Assembly: GCF_009914755.1 (NCBI RefSeq)
Contig: NC_060933.1
Direction: 5' to 3' (one strand)
DNA length: 64,000 bases
Origin: the human T2T-CHM13v2.0 reference genome, Homo sapiens
Positions within the stretch are counted from its first letter, which is position 1. Every line of letters starts with the position of its first letter. A program made the translations under genes and the position numbers. Under the pieces are notes generated by a model, which was not told the origin of the DNA, searched no databases, and saw only the letters and a list, made by a program, of their open reading frames with translations. This document shows positions 20,344-33,959 of this stretch, one piece after another.

Positions 20344-20455
20344 CGGAGTTCATGTGGTCTAAGGTCGGAGTTCACGTGGTCTAAGGTCGGAGTTCATGTG
20401 GTCTAAGGTCAGAGTTCATGTGGTCTAAGGTCGGAGTTCATGTGGTCTAAGGTCG
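20344..20455 (+). repeat. 22-bp minisatellite, 5 copies (CGGAGTTCATGTGGTCTAAGGT)
   Basis: Read directly; only two single-base variants (copy 2 T>C, copy 4 G>A). Confidence 0.97.
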
Positions 20456-21655
20456 CTGTACTGTCTGTCCAAAAGAGCAAGGATATTCACCACTTATAAC
20501 GGAAATCTATCAACTTTGGTCAAATTGAAATTTCAAGCATAACCATTAAGAAAAAGTGTATAACATCCACATTAGTAGAAAAAAAAGGTGAATGATGAAA
20601 AATAGCTCCAAAGAAGGGAAGACAGCTGTAATGAAATGGAGAACTGTCAGGACAAACAGATTGAGAGCATAAAATAAGGCAGACCTAAACAAAAATACAT
20701 CAGTGGTGCTAGTAATGAAAATGGACTAAATGTTCTAATTAAAAGACAGAGAAAGTCAGGGTTTTCCCTGACTTTAAAACTTCCTTATAAGTTTTCCCAG
20801 GGTTTAAAAAACCAAAACCCAATTATATGCTATTCATAAGAGACTTACCTAAAACACAGTTACAGAAAAGATGCAACTAATGGAAAAAAAATACCTTGTG
20901 TAGATTTTTAAAAAGATTACACTATCAGGTAAAGTATAAGGCAAAAAAAAAAATTATTAGAAACAAAAAAGGCAGCTTCATAATGATAAAAAGTGAATTA
21001 AGAATTAAGAATTAAGAAGATAAAACAACTTTATATTTGTATATGCACCTGATAATACGGCCTTACAGATATAAAGCAAAAAAAAAAAAAAAAATTAAAA
21101 GATGAAGTAGACAAATTCATAATTATACTTGGATATTTAAACACATCCCTCTATAATTCATAGGAAAAAAAAAACCACCCAGTAAGGATAAAGAAGATTT
21201 GAACACCATTAACAAACTTGATCTAATGGCATTTCATTGGACATTGAATCCAATAACTGTAGAATACATTTTACTTTCAAACACACATGGAACATTTATA
21301 AAAACTGACCATAAACAGAGCTCTAACAGAAGTATCAAGAAATTTCAAAGGATTAAAATTATACAGCTTCGAGCACAGTGGCTCACACCTGTAGTCCTTC
21401 CAGCTACCTGGGGAGACTGAAGCAGGAGGATTGCTTGAGCCAGGAGTTCAAGGCTGCAGTTAGCTATGATCACACCACTGTACTCCAATGTGGGAGACAG
21501 TGAGACTGTCTCAAAAACAAACAAACCAACCAACCAAAAACAGAACAAGCTCACTGACCACAGTCATAATTAGTCATAAATAAAGGATAATTAGAAAATG
21601 TTAGTATGTTTGGATATTACAAAACACATTTCTCGAATATAATATCTATTGGTTA

Positions 21656-22091
<436 letters not shown>

Positions 22092-22355
22092 TTAAATAGA
22101 GAGAATCAAAAAGATAAAAATTAATGAAACTAAACATCAATTTCAAGAAGTCAGAAAAAGAACAAAATAAATCCAAGGAAAATAGAAGAGAAAAATAAAG
22201 AACAGAGCAGAACTTATGAAACAGAAAACAAATTTATTATGAAGACTATCACTGATGATAAGAGCAGGTTCTCTGAAAAGAACCTCTACTAAAACCAAAG
22301 AAGAAGGAAAAAAAAGCATTAAAATGAAATCAGAATGAAAGAGGGGATATCTCTA

Positions 22356-22752
<397 letters not shown>

Positions 22753-23393
22753 TTAAGAAATTATAAAAACAAAATCACCCTAGAACCATTAAAGACATTG
22801 AGTCTGTGGTCAAAAATAAGATTGCAAAGAAAACACACCTGCGAGCCCAGGTGGCTTCATCACCAAGTTCTATCATACATTCAAGGGACAAAGAAGGGGA
22901 AACTAAAATGGATGGTGGAAGAGGATGATATGGGTATTTGTTAGATTTCTGGACCAACTGCAGCAGCAAGGGTTGTAATTTGTCTCACTAATCTTCCTCT
23001 TATAAGTTTTCCCAGGATTTGTGACTAACCAGAATCCTGGAGAAGCTGTACCTGGATACAGTGAACTTAATATAAGAAGCAAGCCTATCTGTATGGTACA
23101 AGAAGTGGACTGTGGAGAATACTACTGGTTCCATCCAGATCATCTTTACTGGTTAGCACACCTGTCACTGAGATGTGGTGTCAGCTGAGAACAACTCACA
23201 GATGTCCCTTTCTCCAGAAAACTGCAACTGCCCCCTCACCAGGCTGTGCCTCTCCTCCCCCAATCCAGCTTTCCTCATACTCCTCTTCCTGAGGGCTTCT
23301 CCCACAGTCTCACTTGAACAAGAATCTCTATTTTATGCCCTGCTTCTACAGAATGGGATCGAAGATATCACCATTTAAGAGGGTGAAAAGAGA

Positions 23394-23396
<3 letters not shown>

Positions 23397-23454
<58 letters not shown>
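23397..23454. repeat. (AT)29 microsatellite
   Basis: Uninterrupted 58-bp AT dinucleotide run. Confidence 0.97.
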
Positions 23455-23456
<2 letters not shown>

Positions 23457-23479
23457 CCTTATTGAAAAATCAATTTAAA

Positions 23480-24570
23480 AAATTTAAAAATGGCAAGAGA
23501 CATGAATAGACAGTTCACAAAAGAGGCAATCCAATTAACCAACAAAAAACTGCTCAAGGGCTGGGCATGGTAGCTCACACCTGTAATCCCAGCACTTGGG
23601 GAGGCTGACATGGGAGAATAGTTTGAGTCCAGGAGTTTGAGACCAGCCTGGAAAATATGGCAAGACCTGGTCTCTACAAAAAAAAAAAAAATAATTATCT
23701 GGCTGTCCCAGCTGCTCAGGGGGCTGAGGTGGGAGAGATCTCTTGAGCCTAGGAGGTTGAGGCTACAGTAAGCCATGATCACGCCACTGCAATCCAGCCT
23801 GGGTGACAAAGCAAGACCCTGTTTCCAAAAAAAAGAAAAAAGAAAAAAGTGCTCAACCTCAAGAGTAACCAAGGAGAGCAAGTTAAAACCACAAGAAATA
23901 TCAAGACACACACATGAAAATAGTTAAAATATTAAAACCAATAAAAGCAACTATTTGCCAGGATATGAAGCAACTGGAACTCTCATATACTCCTGGTAGG
24001 AAAGTAAACTGTTCGACACTATCTAGTAAAGCAATTGTACTCTAACATATATAACCTAAAGAAACTTGTTCAAATACATCAGAAAATATCTAAGGATGTA
24101 CTTGGCAGTCAGAAACTATAAGCAACTCAAGTATCCATCAACCACAGGATGAATACATCTATTGTGACACAGCCATACCATGAAACACTGTTGGCAACGA
24201 AAATAAGTGAGGCCGCCACGTGGATGCATCTCACAAACAAGTTGAGCAAAAGAAGCAAAACACAAAATGCAAAAGTATGATTCTATATGTATGAAATTAA
24301 AAAACTTAAAACTATATTGTTTAGGGATATATACATAGGTGATATAATTACAAAGAAAAGCAAAAAAATGATTATCACAAGATGATTTCTTCTAGGGGAG
24401 GAAATTATGATTTGGAAGCAGGTACTGAGTATTGGCAATGTTCCAGTTCTTGACATGTTGGTGATTACGTGTGTATTTCCTTTAGAGTTATTTGCTAAAC
24501 TATATATTGTGTTTTTTACCATGCATATTTGCTGTATTTCATATTCAAAAAGTTTAAAACAAATAAATGA
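23480..24570 (+). mobile_element. L1ME-type 3' end with nested AluJ
   Basis: gacatgaatagacagttcacaaaagagg, gcaactggaactctcata and gttgagcaaaagaagc motifs. Confidence 0.7.
23559..23848 (+). mobile_element. AluJ
   Basis: Consensus match. Confidence 0.9.
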
Positions 24571-27431
24571 AATAAATATACTGATTATTGTTTCTTAGAA
24601 AAATTGAGAAAACTAAAATCCTTTATTTTTAAATTAAAACCTTGCCTGCAAAATCCCTAACAGGGTACATGCCAAGTAAATTTTCCAGAATGCCTAAATC
24701 TGTGTGGCTCAGGGTGACCTGACGACCCCTCTTTACATATGGAAAAGTAAGGTGAGTAGGCACCCAAAGTCCTGGGGTAGCTATCTTGTTGAAGGCTGTC
24801 ATTCCTGAGAATCATCGGTAGGCAGAACCCTGGAGAGTATGTGGAACCAATTTGCCAAAGGGATTTGGGTTAAGGTTAAGAAGAGAAGGGACTGAGCCCA
24901 CAAACTCTGATAAGAAGTTTGAAAACAGAGACATCTCTTGGGTGGTCTAGATGACCATGACCAAGGTTGCTAGCAGGAAGGGCCCCAAATGCCCTAAAAG
25001 AGAACTCTCCAGGACACCAGGGGAACCCAGCCTGGTGAAAAGCTCAACAAAAGCCCAGAGTGAGGTGCTTTGGGGAGAATGGCTGAGCACGCAAGCATAA
25101 ATGAAACAAGCTCTAACCTTGGAAAACCAAGCATGGAATCATGCTGGCAGAGATTTGGTCCAATAAGGGCATTGAGCAGCAGTGATCACACATCCGTGGA
25201 CTGTGTAGGACAGCTCTTCAACAGTTATGCCATATAGCTGTGTCAGGAATGACAATGTGTGTGGACTGCTCAGACAATGCAGTTCTCTCTCCTCTGGAGA
25301 GTGACAGTAAGACTGACCCCATTGGAATGTATAAGCCCCCAGAGAGGCTGGAGAAGGAGACACTGGAATTCTCACTAATAAGGACATTAGAGAGGACTTG
25401 GGAGTCTACTTAGAAAAAAATAAGGAAAGACAAGAGTGAATGTAAACCCAACTTGTGAAATGAGACACACATGTTAAACATCTAAACTGAAATAGACAAA
25501 ATCTTAATCAAATGTCTCTTTGTGTACATTCCTTTATGTATACAGTATCAAACATTTTAGACGAGTGGGAAACTAATAATCACTAAACTAAAAGAGGGTA
25601 ATGAGAGAAATTAGCAGACATTTCAAACAAAACCCATGACAGGTAACTCAAGAATAGGTTCATTCATTAAGGCAAACTGAAAGAACAAAACACTTGTTCC
25701 ATCTATTTCCTGACTGAAGCAGGTACAAGGAATTTGTTTACTTCACATCTTCCTGTGAAAAGCAAGTGATGTCTTCTTGGTTGCCCAGGACACCATCCCT
25801 CCCATCTCTGAGAGCTCTTGCTGACTCCCTATCTACATCATCAGAGCCCCCACTAATCTGCCCTCAGTTTTATCCCTGCCAAAGAATCTGAGGTCCCTAA
25901 GGCCAGAGTCTACGTATGTTTTTATCTATTTCTACTCACTCCCACTCCTCTTGGCACTGCCACCAATGCACGTTTATTGAAGGAAAAAAGGAGGGAGGGA
26001 AGGAAGGGATAGTGTAACTGCACTGCAACTGAAAGAAACCAGAGAACGGAAACTCATGGTGACCTGGTGACTGCTTGAGCATTTATTGCTTAACAGCTAC
26101 TTGTGCGATCATAAAAATACAATTCCCCTGATAACCACGGCAACCAAAATGATGGCACTATGGTGAAGGCGGCTCTTCTCAGAAATCTAAAAACAATAAT
26201 AGGCTTGAAACCAGAAAGACAAAGAAATCCAAGTGCTCCAGGGCAGAAGGAAATCCTTTCTTAAAAGCCCTGATAAAGCAGCTTTTTCTCCAGTCTCTCA
26301 AATCTCACCAGGCTCCAGCAAGGGCTCTGGAACTGGTGTGAGGGATCAGGAAACAATTCAGGCCTCTCTGTGTGCTCCTATCCCTGGAGGCCAGCTGTTA
26401 TGAGGTAAGCTCACTGGGAGCTGCAGCTTATTGTTATTTTAAAATGTACTGAGAACGGGCAGGGAGATGGATATATATATAAAACATTATATAACCTCAA
26501 ACTAACATAGCTAGCTCTGGAAAAAGCCCCTTGAGGACAGGGACCATGTGTGTCTTGTTCACAGCTCTATGTCCAGATCCTAGTAGGTGTACAAGACAGA
26601 GTAGGGGTTCCATATAGCTGCTGAATAAATGCGGAATGAGATTAGAACTGAGGGAAAGCACAGTGCCTGGTAAAAGGTCCATCCTCTCCACTACCCACTG
26701 CCAGCACTCTGTTGGGTCCTGAGCAAAATCAAAGTCCTGTCGTCCTTCTGGGTCCAGTCTCTCCATTTGCAAAGGAGACAGCTGGATTAGATGGTTTCCC
26801 AGGCATCCTCCAGCTCTGACAGTCAATCACCGTACTGTGTTTTTTTTTTCGGTGGCTACACATGCCTGGCACTTTTCTCTCCCCTCAGAGGGAATCTGAT
26901 ACCAATCTGCTCAAGTAAATTGATGTTCCCATCCAGCCTGACTCATATGGTAGGAACAACAGGTTCATATGCCAATTGTAAAAGAGAAGGCAAAGGGGGC
27001 CCAGAATGAGAAAAAGAAAAGGTCTTACAAACCAAAACGGCAGTTTTCAGGACTAAAAATATAGAAACAAATGTGATTATTCTGCTGAAAAAGCCCTTCA
27101 CGTGGGGCAATCTCTAGCTTACTAATAATGCTTATATTAACAGCATTATCTACTGAGGCTTTTGTGCCAGACACTGTGTGCTAAACCCTTTACAATTAAT
27201 CCTCCCAGCAACCCATGAGCTTATTACCTCCTTTTCACAGATGAGGAATCAATCTGGCTGAAGGTCACAAAGCCAGTAAGTGGCAGAACTGTGATCTGAA
27301 CCAGAGCTAACTGACTCCAGAGTTCTGGCTCCTCAAATGACTTTCCCCTCTGTTCTTCACTGTAGTCCTAAGAGCGAGGCAGGACAGGGGTTATCACTTT
27401 TTGTTTAAAGATGAAAAAACCGTCTGAGAGG

Positions 27432-27533
27432 CTTGAGATTTGCATAAAATACACAGTGGGTGCCCAGCCCCATATTTGCCCCTTGAGATTTGCATAAAAT
27501 ACACAGTGGGTGCCCAGCCCCATATTTGCCCCT
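27432..27533 (+). repeat. Perfect 50-bp tandem duplication
   Basis: 27432-27481 is identical to 27482-27531. Confidence 0.97.
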
Positions 27534-27619
27534 GCGTTCCTAGGTGAAGGCTCTTCCCATCCCAAGAGTCAGCTTCTTCTTCTTCGACTTTACTTACACA
27601 CTCGAAAAATCTCAGGGCT

Positions 27620-28290
27620 GGAGGCACCGCGGAGATACATGCTCCGCGTCCGGTAGTTTTACGGGAGGGTAAACCAAGGCATAGCTCTCCGTCGGCGCGC
27701 CTGAGCCTCCGGATGCCGGGGGACCGCGGAGCCGCGGGCGGCCTGAGGGTACGCCTCATGGTCCTGCCAGACCCCTGATGCCCGAAGCCCGACCAGACGC
27801 TCAGCCTCGGCCAGGACTGAGCGGCGCCTCCTGGGTCGGTCGCCTGGGGAAGCGCCCCGGGTCCCCTCCCCCGGCCGCCCAAGTTCGCCCGCAGCCTCTG
27901 CGCACCGGCCGCTTACCTCACAGGGCGCTCGCCCACCGCGGAGTCCGGGCCGCGGCCGCCGGTGCCCTGGAAGCCACCCGCCGCCCCCGCTGGAGCCGCA
28001 GCAGCCGGTAGGATTGCGGCGTGCGGCCAGCCCCGCCCGGGGGCGGACAGCTGCCTGGGGATCGTGCGGAGCCGCCGCCGTCATGTGACGCGCAAGGCGG
28101 CGAAGGATGCCGGGAGCAGCTGGCTGGCCGGGGCTGGGCTTCCCGACCACCGCGCATAAAAGCTGTATCTGCAGGAGGGGCACCGGGAGGCGGGAGGAAG
28201 GCAGACGAGGAGGGGGCGCGTGGGGCTTCGGGTACTGCAAAGGCGAGCTTGCGGAAGGACGATTCAGGCTCGTGTTGCGTGGCCCCAGAA
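27620..28290. promoter_or_regulatory. FBXO10: CpG-island promoter, probably FBXO10
   Basis: Very GC/CpG-rich; opposed GC boxes at 28031-28046; GTCATGTGAC at 28080-28089. It lies ~16 kb from the TOMM5 TSS, consistent with the recalled 9p13 gene order. Confidence 0.8.
27917..28086 (-). other. FBXO10: Probable FBXO10 exon 1 (5' UTR; 5' boundary approximate)
   Basis: Strong donor GAG|GTAAGC at 27916-27911 inside the CpG island. Gene identity is from synteny, not from coding sequence. Confidence 0.7.
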
Positions 28291-29409
28291 GGGGCAGAAA
28301 TAGAACCAGTGGGTGGAAACTGCAGGGAGGCATGCTAAGGCCAATACAGTGTAAATAAGATTCCTGCGAGCACCAGTTATCTAACAGTATAAGGAGCAGT
28401 TTCCTGGGGTGCTAGGCACCCTGTAGATGAGCATGTAGGGTCTGGGTTCATTCACTGAACAAACTGACCATTGGCTACCTGCCAGACAATGTACTAGGAG
28501 TACATATTAAATTAGTTGTATGTATGGCGCTTAGCATAATGCCTGCCACAAAGTAAATGCTGTATGTTTGTTGCTGCTGGTGCCGTTACTATTATGGGCA
28601 CAAAAGTGAACAAAGCAGATATGGTTCCTCTTCTCCTGAAGTTAATTCTGTAGTGGAGAAGGTAGACGGTAATCAAGTGTCATTTAAACCAATATGTGTT
28701 TAAAATTGTAGAAAATGCACGGAAGGAGCTGTAATTTAAAAATAGGGGCCAGGTGTTCATGCCTGTAATCCCAGCGCTTTTGCAGGCCGAGGCTGGAGGA
28801 AAGATCACTTGAGCTCAGGAGTTCGAGGTTAACAGTGAGCCATGATTGTGCCACTGCACTCCAGCCTGGGTGACAGGGCGAGACTCTTGTTTCAAAAATA
28901 AAACTAAATAAATTAGGGACCAAGGAAGGGTAGTCAAGGAAGACCTCTCAGAGTAAGATAAAGAGTTAGCCAAATGGAAGAGGGGCAGGGTAAGCCCTGT
29001 GAAAACTCTTGGACCAGGTGGGTTGGGTTGGAGGAGAAAAGATCGCTCTTTGTGGAAATGGAAAACGTCTAGCTTGTCTGAAGCTTTTTAACGGGAAGAA
29101 CAATATAAGTGAGGTCAGAAAGGTAGGTAGGGGCCAGATCACGCAGCACTTAATAGGCCATGATAAGGATTTTAAAATTGTACGTAACAGGAAGCCATCG
29201 AAGGGGTGGAGGATTTGATACCTTTTAAAGCAGTATGTCAGCTACTATGTGAAGACAGGAGTTAAGGGTGGAAGCAGAGATTGGTAGCTTAACCTATTAA
29301 CTGGGCCCGTGGAGGTGCTATTTATTGAAATGGGAACTATTGTAAGGGGAATATATTTGGAAGCGGGGGGAGATCAAGAACTCCCATTTGAACTTGTTAA
29401 ATTTGACAC

Positions 29410-30180
29410 TGCCAGTTAGAATGACTATTAACAAAAAGACAAAAAAATAACAAATGCTGGTGAGGACATGGAGAAAAGGGAACTCTCATACACTGAATTA
29501 TACAGCCAGTATAGAAAAATGCATGGAGGTTTCTCAAAAAAGTAAAACTAGAACTGCCATATGATCCAGCAGTCCCACTGCTGGATATTTATCCAGGAAT
29601 GGAAATCAGTATGTCAAAGGTATGCCTGGATCCCCATGTTTATTGCAGCACTATTCGCAATAGCCAAGATATGGAAGCAACCTAAGTCTTCATCAACAGA
29701 TGAATGGATAAAAAGAATGTGGCATATATACACAACAGAATACTATTCAGCCTGTCATTTGCAGCAACACAGATGGAACTGGAGGTCATTATGTAAAGTG
29801 AAATAAGCCACGCATAGAAAGACAAATATCACATGTTCTCACTCATACGTGGGAGCTAAAAAGTTGATCTCATGCAGTTGGCAAGTAGAATGACAGTTAC
29901 CAGAGGCTGGGAGGGGAAGGGGATAGAGAGAGGTTGGTTAATGGGTACAAACATGGATAGAAGGAATAAATTTTAGTGTTCAATAGCACAGTAGGGTGAC
30001 TGTAGTTAACAATAATTTATTGTATATTTCAAAATAGCTAGATTTAAATGCTCCCAATACAAATAAATGATAAATTTTTGAGATGGATATTCTAAATACC
30101 CTGATTTGATCATTACGTATTGTATGCATGAGTCAAATATCACATGTACCCCATAAATATGTACAATTATCTATCAATTA
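29410..30180 (+). mobile_element. L1MA 3' end
   Basis: ccatatgatccagcagtcccactgctgg, atgtttattgcagcactattc and catgtaccccataaatatgtac. Confidence 0.85.
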
Positions 30181-30243
30181 AAAATAATTAATTTTGAGAT
30201 GCCTGTGTGTCATCCAAGTGGAGTGATTAAAAAAGCAATTCAC

Positions 30244-30655
30244 GGCTGGGCGTGGTGGCTCACGCCTGTAATCCCAGCACTCTGGGAGGTCGAACGGACG
30301 AATCACGAGGTCAGGAGTTTGAGACCAGACTGACCAACATGGTGAAACGCCGTCTCTATTAAAAACACAAAAATTGGCTGGGTGTGGTGGCGCGTGCCTG
30401 TAATTCCAGCTATCAGGAGGCTGAGGCAGGAGAATCGCTTGAACCTGGGAGGTGGTGGTTGCAGTGAGCAGAGATCGTGCGCCACTGCACTCCAGCCTGA
30501 GTGGCAGAGTGAGACTGTGTCTCAAAAAAAAAAAAAAAAAAGCAGTTCACTTGTAATCCCAGCTACTCAGGAGGCTGAGGCAGGAGGATCGCTTGAACCC
30601 AGGAGTTTGAGACCAACCTGGGCAACGAAGCAAGACCCTGTCTCTAAAAAAGAAA
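30244..30655 (+). mobile_element. Alu (30244-30541) followed by a FLAM fragment
   Basis: Consensus match; TSD aaaaagca(a/g)ttcac. Confidence 0.9.
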
Positions 30656-31286
30656 AGGAGTTGGATACAGACCTCCGGAATTTACGAGAGAATATCAGCT
30701 ATAGAAACATAATTTACCAAGAATACTATGAAAAAGAAATTATTACACGAAATTGTGGCCTGAAATAATTGACCCCGTGGTCCTACTGACCTTTTTCAGT
30801 CCCTGGTTCTATAGAATATATTCCATAAAAATGTATTCCATCTATTATTACCATATGGTGAATGTGGTATGATTCTGGGTGAGGTCTAAGTTACCATGTA
30901 GCTGGTCTCTTTTATAAATAAGAAAACCAAACACTAAAACCTAAAGCCAACAATTTATTTTAAGACACAAAGTTGTACAGTAGCTAGGTATAGTAGAAAG
31001 ACCACAGGGGTAGTCTCACACTGCAATGAGCCTGATGATTTACCTTGCTGACTGACAAAGCTATGCCATATTTAATCCTTTGAAAAGTATCTTACTCCAT
31101 GAAACTGGCAGTCCAGATATGACTGTCAATAAACAATCAAAAGCTTGAGTTTCTGGATTTGTGCCAGCTAACATTATCATTTTGGTATTTGTATAAAACA
31201 GCTGACTTTCAAAGTGCTACAGCAGTGTCCTACAAGAGCAAGCTGTCTTCCCTATTAGTGGGGCAAGCATCACGTGCCACATGGGA

Positions 31287-31873
<587 letters not shown>

Positions 31874-32139
31874 AAAAATATAACTACTTAAATATAAGAA
31901 CATCATTCACAAACTACAGTTGAGCCCTCTCTTCTTTCTGCCCTCATCTCACCTCTGCATGCCTCTATCCTACCATTAGACTCGAGAGGAAACTTACTCA
32001 TCTTTATACACTGGCACCTGGCTGGTGTTTACTGGCAAATGTATAAGTGAACACACAAAATCTCCTCAGCCATGGGAGCTTTATTTACTTTGCTTTCCAG
32101 AAAAAGTAGGCTCACACAGAGTGGTGTCCCAGGTCAACA

Positions 32140-32670
32140 TAGTGGACATGCCATGCTTTTTGGCTGCCCAGCATCTGAGGTCCCTTCCTACATTTGGGAA
32201 TTCCTTGTTTATGAGTTTGCTGGGAAGCAGAACATGCCTTTCACTATAGAAGTGGAAATTCCAGGTATTTTCTCTGCTTCTCCTTGTGATTCTATCATGC
32301 TACAAATTACTCTTGATTTTGAATTAAGTACCAGAGACACAATAAAGTCTCTGGAATAATTTTCTCTGGGACCATGGCAAGTGCGGCAAGTTCTTAGAGC
32401 AACACTGGCTGCCATGATCCAGGGTTCTGTGCATGTGGCTTTGGCAAAGTAAGTGGTGGCACCTAATGTTCAGCAGAAATGGCGTCCTCACTGCCCCAGC
32501 TCTGTGGAGTATGACCAAGGAACAAAGGGTGATGTTCCAGTTGCCTACTCTCCAAGCCTAATTCTCTAGGCCTCCTGGTGATACTGAACTCCCTGTTATC
32601 CTTTTAATAAAATACTTTTCTTTTTCTGTCAAAATTGGATTTTGGTGTTTGCAACTAAAAAATCTGACTC
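32140..32670 (+). mobile_element. Ancient LTR remnant (MLT1/ERVL class)
   Basis: ggctgcccagcatctg...aataaa...gtttgcaactaaaaaatctgact ending typical of old LTRs. Confidence 0.45.
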
Positions 32671-32972
32671 ACATAGTCACATGATAAATAGCAGAGCTGA
32701 AACTATAATCTAGGACATTGAAATCCTAATTCTAGTATTCTTTCCATGTAGACAGATCTCTACTTTCCAACAACCCACAATTTTTACATTACATATCGCT
32801 GTCCCTAAATCATTTTGTTCACCGAATTTATACTTGAATATGTAAGCTGATTAGTGAACATTTCAAGTGACTGTATTTCAAATGCAGTATTATCTTTGTA
32901 CATCTGTTTATGTAATAGTTTCTTTCTTTTTTGCATTTTTGGCCTCTATATACTTAAGTGGAAATGAAAATA

Positions 32973-33959
32973 CCCCGCACTTGAACAAACGTGGGAGTTA
33001 GGGGCCCCGACACCTGCACAGTTACAAATCTGCATGTAACTTTGACTCCCCAAAAACTTAACTACTAATAGCCTACTGTTGCACAGAAACCTTACCGATA
33101 ACATAAAAAATAGATTAATATGTATTTTGTATCATTATCTATTATATACTGTATTCTTACAACACAGTAAGCTAGAGAAAATGTTAAGAAAATCACAGAG
33201 AGAAAAAGCATTGACAGTACTATACCGTATTTATTTAGATTCTAAGTTTAGGTTGTCTGTTTACAAGATTAGTCGTGTCTGAAATCAGAGCAACTACAGC
33301 TGCAGACCTCAATCTATAGTACATATCAAGAATTCAACTTTTTCCTTTAATGTCATGACTTTTCTCTGCTTCCTGGGAGCACTTCCAGCATCACTAGTGG
33401 CACTCTGTATAGATCCCATGGAGTTATTCAAAGTTTTGTGGTATGGTATTAAACACAAAAAATACATGAGACAGAGAGGGATCGCTTTTACTTTGATTTG
33501 CAATTTACTGGAGCGAGGAACTGCTCATGCAGAGATGAGTGTCACATGGCATTTTAAGTGGATACCTATAACACTTGAGCTCCCTGCAGTGGCAACAAGA
33601 GGTGGCTATGGACTTACTGTATTACACTATTACAAAAGATAATTTTATGCAGTTATGATTTAATACTGCATCTTTCTCTTGACCTCAAATTGTGCTATGT
33701 ATGGTCTGTGTACATAAGTTTTGATAAATCTTAATTTTTTATAATAGATGTGTGCATTTTATGAGTAAGACTACAATCTACATATATTTTATGCATTCAT
33801 GACATCCTTTATCTTAAATTTTTTCAATATTTCTAGACTACATATGTGTGCTTTTTTCAAATTGTTGCAAATCTCCGATTTTTCAACGCATTTTTTGAAA
33901 AAAATCTGCACGTAAGTGGACCTGTGCACTTCAAATCTGTGTTGTTCAAGGGTCAACTC
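32973..33959 (-). mobile_element. Internally deleted Tigger2-family DNA transposon
   Basis: Terminal repeats (cttgaacaa / ttgttcaagggtcaact) flanked by TA. The minus-strand remnant SATSDAGSAPRKQRKVMTLKEKVE resembles the Tigger transposase N-terminus. Confidence 0.85.

Noticed and set aside
20344-20455. CRISPR-like array
   Set aside because: Units are contiguous with no unique spacers, there are no cas genes and the context is eukaryotic; it is a minisatellite.
25400-26300. IRF/ISRE-like GAAA clusters in unique intronic DNA
   Set aside because: Spacing does not fit GAAANNGAAA, and such clusters are expected in A-rich sequence.
27394-28358. 224-aa and other overlapping ORFs over the CpG island as stand-alone genes
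   Set aside because: Stop-poor GC-rich DNA with low-complexity Arg/Pro/Gly/Ala translations, and they cross the splice donor.
33309-33503. Domesticated Tigger transposase gene
   Set aside because: Only a short, interrupted N-terminal remnant with no DDE domain.
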